IMG/VR virus record: IMGVR_UViG_3300008261_000001
Coordinates: 1-64,000 of that record
Reading direction: 5' to 3' (one strand)
DNA: 64,000 nt
The position numbers and the translations under genes are program-made. This document shows positions 54,434-63,139 of this stretch, one piece after another. The notes under the pieces were generated by a model. The model ran no database searches. It worked only from the letters and a program-made list of their open reading frames with translations, and was not told where the DNA came from. Every line of letters starts with the position of its first letter. The stretch's first letter is position 1.

Positions 54434-54736
54434 ATGAGATTAACCAAGATAGACAACGGCAAGAGGGTGTGGGACTTGGATAATCCTGAGGTCAACCCTA
54501 GCTCGTGGACGGAAGATAAAAGGAAAGTTCTGTTAGCCACCGCCTTGACCATAGAGCTTGGGTTTCAGTTCCACCCACCCACCAACACCTTCAGCAAGGG
54601 TAGCCTACACCTAGTTGTAGATCTGAAAGACGACACCTTCTCATGTTTGGTAGTCGTTCGTGGTGTATGGTGTCACACAGACGACTTTGAGAGCATATGG
54701 GATGTCATCCGAGAACATTGGGTGCAGTACGCTTAG
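54434..54736 (+). CDS. Small protein, paralog family A
   Basis: NGKRVW, IELGF, IWDVIREHW. Confidence 0.75.
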   Translation: MRLTKIDNGKRVWDLDNPEVNPSSWTEDKRKVLLATALTIELGFQFHPPTNTFSKGSLHLVVDLKDDTFSCLVVVRGVWCHTDDFESIWDVIREHWVQYA

Positions 54737-54739
54737 TTT

Positions 54740-54768
54740 TTATCCCAAGTCCGAAATCAGCTTATTAG
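54740..54768 (+). promoter_or_regulatory. Promoter-like cassette
   Basis: TTATCC-N17-TATTAG. Confidence 0.75.
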
Positions 54769-54815
54769 GGGGGTGTTAGAGAGAGAGACACAACCCCACA
54801 GCTAAGGAGCTAACG

Positions 54816-55082
54816 ATGTTTCAAGCCCTACCCGACACAGCTATGATTTACCTCAATGGCGACGCTCTGGAGGTGGTTATCCTCCACAGCAAGACCTCCC
54901 ACGCAGTCCTCAAGGCGGCGGCTGATCACTCTGGGTGTAAGCTGGAGTACACGGGACTCCATAATGGAGAGGGGGGGAGCTTCGACCCCTACCTTGTGTA
55001 CCACCCCACGGAGGGGCGGAAGGGTGTGGAGAAGTTCATCAAGGAGCTTCCCCCTAGCCATGTGGTGATTGTTTACCGCTAA
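54816..55082 (+). CDS. Small hypothetical protein, paralog of 51010..51261
   Basis: AAGGAG RBS; shared motifs. Confidence 0.75.
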   Translation: MFQALPDTAMIYLNGDALEVVILHSKTSHAVLKAAADHSGCKLEYTGLHNGEGGSFDPYLVYHPTEGRKGVEKFIKELPPSHVVIVYR

Positions 55083-55269
55083 CCCTCCTCATAGGTGGAG
55101 GGGACTAGGTACTCGTTATTATCATTTATCCAATTTAGAGTACCGAGGAAGGATTGGATAAGTCCTACTGATTAATGCTATGAGATTTCTCTACTGAGAG
55201 AGTCCAGAACTGAGAGAGTCCTCTAGTCCAACATAAATAGGGTGTTGTAGGTTGACCCTATAATCCTAT

Positions 55270-56553
55270 CTAGGAGGGGATCTTCACACCTAGACGATAG
55301 TATCTATTCTGAAGTGATAGGGGGCGTATGCCGAACCTCTTGGCTAGGGGGATTAAGTCTTTCTTTCTGGTGTTCTCGTCTACTAGGGACAGAAACTCTT
55401 CCCTAGTCATGTTTTGATACTCTTGTGTACCTCTGTTGGTGAGAGACTTCCACATCTTCTTACGGAGGAGTTTAATGTAGAGGGACATGGGCTTTATCCC
55501 CATACCCTCGGCTACATTTTTAAGAGACTCCATAGAGTCTATGTCCTTGATAACCTCGTTTAGCTTCTCATTGTCGTGTTTAATCTTCTCTTTCTTCCAC
55601 CCCTTATTTCGAGCTATAGTCCTCAAAATCCCTTCGCTCACCAACCACTCCTCTGAAAGCTCTTCGAAGGTCTTACCCCCCAATAATGCCTCGATGATCT
55701 TATCCCCATAAATATCCTCGGCCTGCTCCAACAGCTTAGGCTTAACCTTACGCTTGAGATTGGAGATCTTACCCCCTAAACCTTGCTTAACGAGGGACAG
55801 TCGCACTCCCTCCCGTGTTAAACCCACTTGGTCTCCAATCTCTTGCAAGGTCTGACCCTCTGCCCTCAGCATTGCAATCTGCTTGTCCACTGGACTTATG
55901 TTCACTCGGGACTTCAAGGTCAAATCGTTTGCCTTTAATACCCTCTGCAACCTTTGATAGTTATACCCCATTAAATCCGCTAACTCCCCCCTCCTCATCC
56001 CTTGCTCTATACCACCCTTGATCTTATCCAATTCTTCTCCACTAAGGATATAACCCTTTGCCTTGACGGTTAAACCCTTATTATCCATATAACGCCTCAC
56101 CGACCAAGCCGACCTCCCCACAACCTTAGACAACTCATGATACCCAAGCCCATCAGCTATGCCCTTATCCAATAACTTCCTCTCGGACACGGAAAACTTG
56201 TCCACATCCATAGAGAACTTATCCAACAAGCTCTTTATCCTCGGATAAGAGCAACCCATATGCACCATCAGCTCCGTAGTGTCCTTACCCTCGTCTATAC
56301 CCGCTTGAAGACGAGTCCTCACCGCATTCTCCCCACCCATAGCCGCAATCCACCTCGTTAAAGAAGCATGAGATAACGACTTCATTAAAGAAGGATTCAA
56401 CTTAAGATCCAACTCCCTCAGCCATATGTAAAAAGTCGAGACCGACACCCCCAACTCCGTAGCACACTCCGCAACAGATAAACCACGAGCGATAACCTGA
56501 GCTATCTTTGCCTTGTTCGGCACTATACGCTTCCTGCCCATATGCTCTCTCAC
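55270..56553 (-). CDS. Multi-HTH DNA-binding protein (about 7-8 HTH-like units) with a sigma-70 region-4-like HTH
   Basis: SVAECATELGVSVST, GYHELSKVVGRS, RRGELADLMG, TLQEIGDQVGLTREGVR, TFEELSEEW, SLKNVAEGMG; paralog of 40943..41776. Confidence 0.8.
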   Translation of the reverse strand: MREHMGRKRIVPNKAKIAQVIARGLSVAECATELGVSVSTFYIWLRELDLKLNPSLMKSLSHASLTRWIAAMGGENAVRTRLQAGIDEGKDTTELMVHMGCSYPRIKSLLDKFSMDVDKFSVSERKLLDKGIADGLGYHELSKVVGRSAWSVRRYMDNKGLTVKAKGYILSGEELDKIKGGIEQGMRRGELADLMGYNYQRLQRVLKANDLTLKSRVNISPVDKQIAMLRAEGQTLQEIGDQVGLTREGVRLSLVKQGLGGKISNLKRKVKPKLLEQAEDIYGDKIIEALLGGKTFEELSEEWLVSEGILRTIARNKGWKKEKIKHDNEKLNEVIKDIDSMESLKNVAEGMGIKPMSLYIKLLRKKMWKSLTNRGTQEYQNMTREEFLSLVDENTRKKDLIPLAKRFGIRPLSLQNRYYRLGVKIPS

Positions 56554-56629
56554 TCTCTCCCCCCAACATTAGGGGGGTTCTAGGTGTCCTTTTTTACTTA
56601 TACAAAACCTCTCGGTCTTGTCAAAAAAC

Positions 56630-57433
56630 TTAGTGATCGTTAGCTTCGATTCCGGTCTTGGACTTAAGGAGCTTCTCAAGGTGTGAAACCACCTTGAGGG
56701 CTACCTCCTCGCCATCTGCCGCTGAAACTCCGTTGGGCAGATCTGTGCCGTCTAGTCCAAGACCGATGCCCACGAGCTTGATGCCCTCAGCTTGAGCTTG
56801 TAGGCGTAGGCTCTCTAAATATCTCTTGGTGTTACACTGACCATCGGTCAGGAAGAAGGCTATCTTATGCGTTGCATCTATCTGTCGAGCGAGGTCGAGG
56901 GCGGCCTCGGCATAACAGATCAAGTCCGTCCCACCTGTCGGATGACTATCCTTCATTTTCTTGAAGTGGTCGGGAGACCACTTCTCATGTGGCCACTTCG
57001 CCACGGCTACGATGGGAGAGTTAGCCGAGCTTGCACCTGTGGGTGCGTTGAAGTGGTACTCGTAAAAGCACCCAGCCACTGCCGTTTTAACACCTATCCT
57101 CTGACACCCATCTGCGAGGGCATCTATGAGGAGACAACACTCGTTCCACCACTTGGTGGTTTTACCTGTAGCTGTCTGTTGGGTGTAGTTCATGGAGTCT
57201 GACATATCGACCACGAAGCTAAACCCAGCGGACACCTCGGGAGAGGAAAAGATCCGCTCATAGCGGTCTTTGTTAACATAACCCGCGTTCACCGCCACCA
57301 CGCTCCGCGTGAGAGCGGAGCGGTTCAGACGGACACCGATGGGGCGGAGCCCTACGGCTTGGTTTGCCACCTCTAGCTGACGACGAATCTTGTTCAAACC
57401 ACCTTGTATGGACGACTTAATCTTCTGAGTCAT
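56630..57433 (-). CDS. von Willebrand factor A (MIDAS) domain protein
   Basis: FVVDMSDSM, PTGGT, FFLTDG; GAGGAG before ATG 57433. Confidence 0.9.
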   Translation of the reverse strand: MTQKIKSSIQGGLNKIRRQLEVANQAVGLRPIGVRLNRSALTRSVVAVNAGYVNKDRYERIFSSPEVSAGFSFVVDMSDSMNYTQQTATGKTTKWWNECCLLIDALADGCQRIGVKTAVAGCFYEYHFNAPTGASSANSPIVAVAKWPHEKWSPDHFKKMKDSHPTGGTDLICYAEAALDLARQIDATHKIAFFLTDGQCNTKRYLESLRLQAQAEGIKLVGIGLGLDGTDLPNGVSAADGEEVALKVVSHLEKLLKSKTGIEANDH

Positions 57434-57468
57434 TTTATCTCCTCTGTGTGTTGGCTCTGTCACACCCT

Positions 57469-57497
57469 ATAATGAGGAGATTTTCAACTTGGGATAA
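57469..57497 (-). promoter_or_regulatory. Promoter-like cassette (CATTAT variant)
   Basis: TTATCC-N17-CATTAT between the zincin-like and vWA genes. Confidence 0.65.
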
Positions 57498-57503
57498 CTT
57501 TTC

Positions 57504-58712
57504 TTACCTTTTTGAACCCCCCTTGCTGGGCTTGAACATAGAGCGATATATGGGCTTATGTCCATTCGGCACATAGAGGGCGTGATCGAGGTTCTTTGTG
57601 TTTTTCTCTACATCCTGTTGCATAGCCGACGAGGGGTCTAGAGCCTTACCCTCCCCCTTTAAGATTTTCTCCAAGTCCTCCAACTTGATGCCCTTTTTGC
57701 CCCCTACACGGCTCTTCTCGTCTGAGGGGTCTACCTCAGACGAGTCTCCATCTGCGGAGCCTTCACCACCCTCTGAGGGGTCTCCCTTACCCTTACCCTT
57801 ACCCTCTGAGGGATCTCCCTCTCCAGGCTCCCCCTCCCCCTTGCCCTTCGCCTCAAGGCCCTCACCATCCTCCAACTTCTCCTTTAAGAGATCGTGGAGC
57901 TTATTGATGATTTGGATAGCGACCACGAGGGGAAGATGTGCGGTCTCCTCCCACCGCGTATGGGTGGGCTTGAGGGTCTTCCATACGGGCTTTAAGGTCT
58001 CCACAAGCAGTCGAGCCTCCTCACAATACTCCTCATAGACCTTGAGGGCTTTCTCGTTCCTCCACCCCTTACCACTATCCCTCAGAGCCATCATAAAGTC
58101 TGAGGGGACACCTTGACCACGAACATCCGCCTCAAGTCCAAACACCCAATCTTGAACACTATAGAAGCGTCCCTCGGTGTCGGGATACAATAGAGCCATC
58201 CCTGGCTCAAGCCTCATATCTGCTGTGACATTCGCCCACTTTTTCATGTTCGCTTCCCCATAGGGGACAGACTGATCAAGGTGTGGAACAATCTTACTCT
58301 CGAACTCCTTGAAGGTGGGAAAGGGCATCGATGCCCTATCACAGATGCCATGTCCCGCCTCGTGGACACCACCCCCCACCCCCGCTGAGGCAGTGATGGT
58401 GCTGGCAGAAGAAGCAGAGGGAGAGGGCAGATAAAGCGTGACCCCTACGGGAGCGTTGGTGTACTGATTGTTTGCCTCGTGATAGATGGCGTCCAACCAC
58501 CGCCCCCTATTTGCATTTATCCGAAGACCCTCGACCCACTCAGAGGAGAGGGCGTTGGCGAAGCTCAACCACGGAAACTTAGCAGATATGCCGAAGGTGT
58601 TGCCCGCACGGACGACTTTTACATCTCCCACATCGGTGGGGAAAAATGCGGTCAAGCCCTTAAAGGCTCCCTCGCAGAACTTCAAGGGGTCTTTGGTGTA
58701 GTCAATGCTCAT
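57504..58712 (-). CDS. Zincin-like (HExxH) protein with Gly/Glu linker, resembling the N-terminal half of MoxR-partner vWA proteins
   Basis: VHEAGH; N..ADMRLE; GEGEPGEGDPSEG linker; between AAA+ and vWA genes. Confidence 0.7.
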   Translation of the reverse strand: MSIDYTKDPLKFCEGAFKGLTAFFPTDVGDVKVVRAGNTFGISAKFPWLSFANALSSEWVEGLRINANRGRWLDAIYHEANNQYTNAPVGVTLYLPSPSASSASTITASAGVGGGVHEAGHGICDRASMPFPTFKEFESKIVPHLDQSVPYGEANMKKWANVTADMRLEPGMALLYPDTEGRFYSVQDWVFGLEADVRGQGVPSDFMMALRDSGKGWRNEKALKVYEEYCEEARLLVETLKPVWKTLKPTHTRWEETAHLPLVVAIQIINKLHDLLKEKLEDGEGLEAKGKGEGEPGEGDPSEGKGKGKGDPSEGGEGSADGDSSEVDPSDEKSRVGGKKGIKLEDLEKILKGEGKALDPSSAMQQDVEKNTKNLDHALYVPNGHKPIYRSMFKPSKGGSKR

Positions 58713-58755
58713 GTGAGCCTCCTCGTGTGTGTTGGGCGTTAGTTCCGCCTCACCC

Positions 58756-58783
58756 CTAATAAGCTCCCCCAGAGCTTGGGATA
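58756..58783 (-). promoter_or_regulatory. Promoter-like cassette (16-nt spacer)
   Basis: Divergent pair with 58859. Confidence 0.7.
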
Positions 58784-58858
58784 ATCTTTTTCAAAAAAAG
58801 ACACCCACCCCCCCTCGTCTGTCCGCGTATGTATAAGCCACAAAAAAACCGAAAAAGA

Positions 58859-58887
58859 TTATCCCAACCCAGAAACTCCCTTATTAG
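58859..58887 (+). promoter_or_regulatory. Promoter-like cassette
   Basis: TTATCC-N17-TATTAG. Confidence 0.75.
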
Positions 58888-58931
58888 TGGGTCACAGCGA
58901 CAGAACCAACACACTCCGAAAGGACTCAAAT

Positions 58932-60059
58932 ATGCGGAAGCCCGCCTCCATCACCAAGCTCTTCACCACCACCTTCAACGGCATCACCCGCCCTCGCTCC
59001 CCCCTCACCGAGATCGAGATCTTGAACGCTGGGTTCGACCCAGCCAACCGCCCTGACGGGTATGTCGAGGGTGAGGATTGGATGGTGGATCTTTCCATTG
59101 TGCTCCCCCTCGGACACACCATCGTGCAGGGTCCAGCAGGTAACGGCAAGGACATCTTCGCCCTCGCCTACGCTCACGCTCACAACCTCCCCCTCAAGGC
59201 TTTCGCCTTCAAAGAGGGGGCAAACCCCCTCGATTGGATTAAGAGGGCAGAGCTTGAGGCAACCCCTCAAGGTGGCACTAAGACCTCTTATGTAGAGGGA
59301 GACCTCGTCAAAGCCTGCAAAGGGGTCACCATCAAGAGGGACTTCACCACCATGTCCTCTGACCTCCGCTCGGCTGTCAAAGCAGACATGGAGAAGCAAG
59401 AGTGGACGGTCACGGATAAGAACGGAATATTCACCATCACCGTCCCCGCACTTATCCTGTTCTCAGACTATGATCGTGCTACGCCCGACCAAGTAGAGGT
59501 TCTTCGCCAAGCCCTAGAGCTTGGGAAGGAGAGGCTCGCTGACCCCATCAGCGGAGAGCTGTTCCCCATCGCAAAGGGGACACGCTTTATCTTCACCGCC
59601 AACAGCGGTGCTGATGGTGATGGGGGTCGTGGCATGATCACACGCCCAAAGGACGCCTCTATCCTAAACCGTTGTCAGGGCATCTACGCCCCCCCTCCCT
59701 CAGCCAAGTTCGAGAGGAAGGTCGTTCAAGCCTCGTACCCATCTCTCACAGAGGAGGAGGTCAAGCTCCTTGTGGATTGCAATAGGGCTATCCGCAAGGT
59801 GGCGGAGGAGCAAGCTATGGGCATCGAGGTCTCTCTCCGCACAGCCCTCGCTTGGGCTAAGGCAACCCTCCGCTATAAAGAGGTTATGCCTAACCTCGAC
59901 TTCAAGAAGGCTATGAAGAAGAGCTTCGTTATCGTAAAGGGACACCTCAGCGAGGCTCACAACCACCAAGCTCTAGAGGGAGCTATTGACCCCCTCCTCC
60001 GCTCCGATGTTGTAGATAGCACCACCACAAACCCTAATGTATGCCCTATTGATATGTAA
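58932..60059 (+). CDS. MoxR/CbbQ/NorQ-type AAA+ ATPase
   Basis: QGPAGNGKD, ILFSDYDRA, FIFTANS, SILNRC; AAGGA before ATG 58932. Confidence 0.88.
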   Translation: MRKPASITKLFTTTFNGITRPRSPLTEIEILNAGFDPANRPDGYVEGEDWMVDLSIVLPLGHTIVQGPAGNGKDIFALAYAHAHNLPLKAFAFKEGANPLDWIKRAELEATPQGGTKTSYVEGDLVKACKGVTIKRDFTTMSSDLRSAVKADMEKQEWTVTDKNGIFTITVPALILFSDYDRATPDQVEVLRQALELGKERLADPISGELFPIAKGTRFIFTANSGADGDGGRGMITRPKDASILNRCQGIYAPPPSAKFERKVVQASYPSLTEEEVKLLVDCNRAIRKVAEEQAMGIEVSLRTALAWAKATLRYKEVMPNLDFKKAMKKSFVIVKGHLSEAHNHQALEGAIDPLLRSDVVDSTTTNPNVCPIDM

Positions 60060-60171
60060 GGGGTAGGTGGAGTAGGGGTAGGGGTCAAAGTCGCTTAAAA
60101 TAGCCCTTTAAACGCTTATAGCGTAAATACGATAAGAAGCTGATTCTCTAGTTTAAAACTTTTAATAAAAG

Positions 60172-60200
60172 TTATCCCAAGTTCCAAACCCACTTATTAG
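60172..60200 (+). promoter_or_regulatory. Promoter-like cassette
   Basis: TTATCC-N17-TATTAG. Confidence 0.75.
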
Positions 60201-60252
60201 TGGGGGAGGCAGAGACAGAACGAGACAACACACTCCGCAGGAGCAGTAGTTT

Positions 60253-61041
60253 ATGGCAAAAGTCAACCACCACATCGCCAGCATCGCCAACATCATCAGC
60301 ACCCTGGTTCAGAACCACGGCTCTCTCAGAGCTCCCGAGGGGCGGAAGCTCGTGCTTGAGACTCTAGGGGTCGAGGAGACCGCCTTCGGTCACTACGCCA
60401 ACGGCAACCCTAAGTTCCCCAACCTTGTCTCGTCCGCTGTGGCGAGCTTGAGGGACGAGGGCAAGATCACCACAAACGGATGGACTTGGACTTGGGGCGG
60501 AACCCCCACCACCAGCATCAGCACCCTCCCTATCAGCACCCCTGTGGCAATGGTCATAGCTCAAGACGAAGATCCCTCCACCGACGAGGACGACGACGAC
60601 CTCTTCTCCTCTATGGAAGAGGAGGTGGACTCGTCTTTCCTATATGACCTTACAGACGAGGCTACCCTCGCCGCCCTTGTAGCCTCTACAGAGTGCTTTG
60701 GAAAGTTCACAGAAAGGGACTCAGCTTGTACCTCTTGTCCCCTTAAAGGGGTCTGTAAGGAAAAGGTACGCCTCTTGAAAGAGGCACGGAAAGATCAGAG
60801 GGCTGAGAGGGCTGCTACAGAGCAGTTAGCTTCCAGCTTAGGACTCGACACCAAAGCTGTTAAGGGGAGTATCCCCAAGTCCGCACAGATTCAACAGGCA
60901 TACAAAATCTACTGCCAACACCCAGTAAACTGTGCCTCTACAGGCACTATTATAGACACAGGTGAAGAAGCCTTAGCTGTCCCCTCTTGGGGAATCATCA
61001 CCCTCAAGGTGTTCGAGATCATTAAAGCCCTCAACCCCTAA
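60253..61041 (+). CDS. Protein with winged-helix-like N-terminus, acidic linker and Cys clusters
   Basis: FPNLVSSAVASLRDEGKI resembles Mrr-N-like wHTH; CFG...CTSCP...C. Confidence 0.6.
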   Translation: MAKVNHHIASIANIISTLVQNHGSLRAPEGRKLVLETLGVEETAFGHYANGNPKFPNLVSSAVASLRDEGKITTNGWTWTWGGTPTTSISTLPISTPVAMVIAQDEDPSTDEDDDDLFSSMEEEVDSSFLYDLTDEATLAALVASTECFGKFTERDSACTSCPLKGVCKEKVRLLKEARKDQRAERAATEQLASSLGLDTKAVKGSIPKSAQIQQAYKIYCQHPVNCASTGTIIDTGEEALAVPSWGIITLKVFEIIKALNP

Positions 61042-61058
61042 ACAAGGATAAAAGAAAA

Positions 61059-61694
61059 ATGGACAAGACGATTATTCAGTACGCTCAAGCTGTCCACCGC
61101 TCCATTCATGGAGCACCCCTCCCCACCTTTAAGGGATTGTTCAACCCCTTCGATGATATTAACCCCAACACCCTTAAAGAACTTGTAGACAACGCACCCC
61201 TCGAAGCTATCGAGGCAGAGTTCGAAGCGAAACTAAACGAGGATTGGGATCTTAAACTCAAAAATAAACTCCCCCTCTCAAATATGCCCGTTAGAGTCAC
61301 CAAAGGCAATAAAGACATGAGAGGTATAGACGGTTGGGTCGTCCATGACCAACAGCGGGCTGACGACCCCGACCGTAAAGCTATGTTCGTCTACGACTTT
61401 AAAAACTCCAAAGGTGGTTGGGTCGCTGACCACGCTGTTAAAATCCGCACCCCCAAATGGAACGAATGGGAAACCGAGGTGCAAACCTACATCACTCAAT
61501 GTGAGAGTATCTCCCACCTCTTTACGAGAGGAAAGCGTGTTAGACATAAAACCACAGGCGAAATCGGTCTCGTACTCTTCGACTGCTCCCTCAACCCAAA
61601 CTGGAACGGAAACGGATTCCACCAATGTAAAGTCGAATGGCAACCAACCTACTCCACCTACTACATCTCACCCCTACTCCTCGATATCATCTAA
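61059..61694 (+). CDS. Hypothetical protein, possibly two SH3/KOW-like modules
   Basis: VRVTKG..GIDGWV and GKRVRHKTTGEIGLV. Confidence 0.65.
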   Translation: MDKTIIQYAQAVHRSIHGAPLPTFKGLFNPFDDINPNTLKELVDNAPLEAIEAEFEAKLNEDWDLKLKNKLPLSNMPVRVTKGNKDMRGIDGWVVHDQQRADDPDRKAMFVYDFKNSKGGWVADHAVKIRTPKWNEWETEVQTYITQCESISHLFTRGKRVRHKTTGEIGLVLFDCSLNPNWNGNGFHQCKVEWQPTYSTYYISPLLLDII

Positions 61695-62007
61695 ACAGGA
61701 CTCGCCCTATAAGGGAAGATACATAGGGTCTATCAGTGGGGGTGTATAAGGGGACACATAGGGGTAAGGGATAAGGGGACACACACCCTACGAGAACTAC
61801 ATCCCCCCCCTACCCACCTAGAAATCTAAACCCACCAAGTTCAAAACTATCCAATATCCGAGAAATATCCAATATTGAAGTTCTGTAGACACCAGAAACC
61901 TGTAGAATCGCGTCAATAAGTGGACTTAGGCACCCCCCTAGCCCAATTTGGCATATTAACTACGCACTGAAAATGCAAACCCAAATTTGAAACCATAGTT
62001 AAACCGC

Positions 62008-62110
62008 CCTTACCCTTACCCTCCATATAGATCTACCTTATCCCTTATCCTCCATATAGACCCATATCCCTTATCCGCATATAGACCCTTACCCTTATCC
62101 CATATAGACC
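62008..62110. repeat. Four degenerate 23-28-bp repeats CC(C)TTA(T/C)CC...CATATAGA (origin-like island 2)
   Basis: Read directly; inside a 650-bp non-coding gap at a C-to-G strand switch. Confidence 0.85.
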
Positions 62111-62310
62111 GTCTTACATATGAGGATTCATCTTGCTCCTTATATACGGCTGATTGGGGTGAGTGGTTTAGTTCGAAAAGGGGTTAGGATTCTGTTAAAT
62201 TTTTCAAAATGGAAACTTGGAAAAGTGGTCCTAAAAATAGTTTTGGGTAAATTTTTTTGGGTTGATTTTGAAACCCCCTATTCTGCTTGAGTGTTTATAT
62301 GTGGGCGTAG

Positions 62311-62348
62311 GGTGTATTGGGCATAAGGTGTATTGGGCATAAGGTGTA
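62311..62348. repeat. 16-bp repeat GGTGTATTGGGCATAA x2.4
   Basis: Exact copies at 62311 and 62327. Confidence 0.9.
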
Positions 62349-62352
62349 GTAT

Positions 62353-62784
62353 ATGAGAGCAAAGACGACAAAGAACAGTGGGGGGGAGAGGGTGTGGGAG
62401 GGTTGGGTATTGGATAAGTCTATATTGCTGTCGGGGGTGTTTGATTATGATTTAGCGTTGGGTTTGTATGAGGACATAGTGTGTGGTTTGGAGGAGTCTA
62501 ATTTAAAGTTGAGGGGTAGTGGAGGTGGGGACAAGTACAAGATAAGGGAGTTTGTGGTGGGTAGTAGGGTTGTGAGGCAGGAGAGTTTGGAGTTATCGAT
62601 GAGGATTTACTTAGTGCGGTCGAGTTTATTTGGTGGTGCTATATGTTATGACATAATGGTGGTGGGAGAGTTTGAGGATGAGGGTATGTTATCGGTATCG
62701 GGTAAGAGGTTAGATTTGCCGATGGTGGAGGACTCTATATGGGTGGACATAAGGGTATGTTGGAGGAGTTTGGGAGGTGAGTAG
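62353..62784 (+). CDS. Small protein, paralog family A
   Basis: GGERVW, IWVDIRVCW. Confidence 0.7.
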   Translation: MRAKTTKNSGGERVWEGWVLDKSILLSGVFDYDLALGLYEDIVCGLEESNLKLRGSGGGDKYKIREFVVGSRVVRQESLELSMRIYLVRSSLFGGAICYDIMVVGEFEDEGMLSVSGKRLDLPMVEDSIWVDIRVCWRSLGGE

Positions 62785-63139
62785 TTGGGAGGTGACTAAG
62801 ATGAACGAGGTAGGGGAGAGGGTATGGAGGGAGGAGTGGGTGTGGGTTTTTGTAAGTTCTCATTTTACGGTAGAGAAGAGGGAGTATGTATTACACCGAG
62901 GGTTGAGGGAGGCTGGGTTTGAGTTATTTTCGCCTGTGGGGGGATTTATTTACGAGTTGGGTGTGTTAGTGGGTGGGGAGCCGAGGTATATAAGGGTGTG
63001 TGGTCTTGAGTCGGATGGTGGACTTGAGATAGGGATATACAATAAGTGGGATTTATTAGTTCGTGGTGAGTTAAGTGGGGGGGAGTGGGGGCTTTTATGG
63101 GAGCGTATAAGGGGGTTATGGGTGAGTAGTTTTGTATAA
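62777..63139 (+). CDS. Small protein, paralog family A
   Basis: VGERVW, LREAGF, LWERIRGLW. Confidence 0.75.
   Translation: MSSWEVTKMNEVGERVWREEWVWVFVSSHFTVEKREYVLHRGLREAGFELFSPVGGFIYELGVLVGGEPRYIRVCGLESDGGLEIGIYNKWDLLVRGELSGGEWGLLWERIRGLWVSSFV

Noticed and set aside
56630-60059. Cobaltochelatase cobS/cobT assignment
   Set aside because: No CobN or other cobalamin genes here; MoxR/vWA pairs are general chaperones, so no symbol was given
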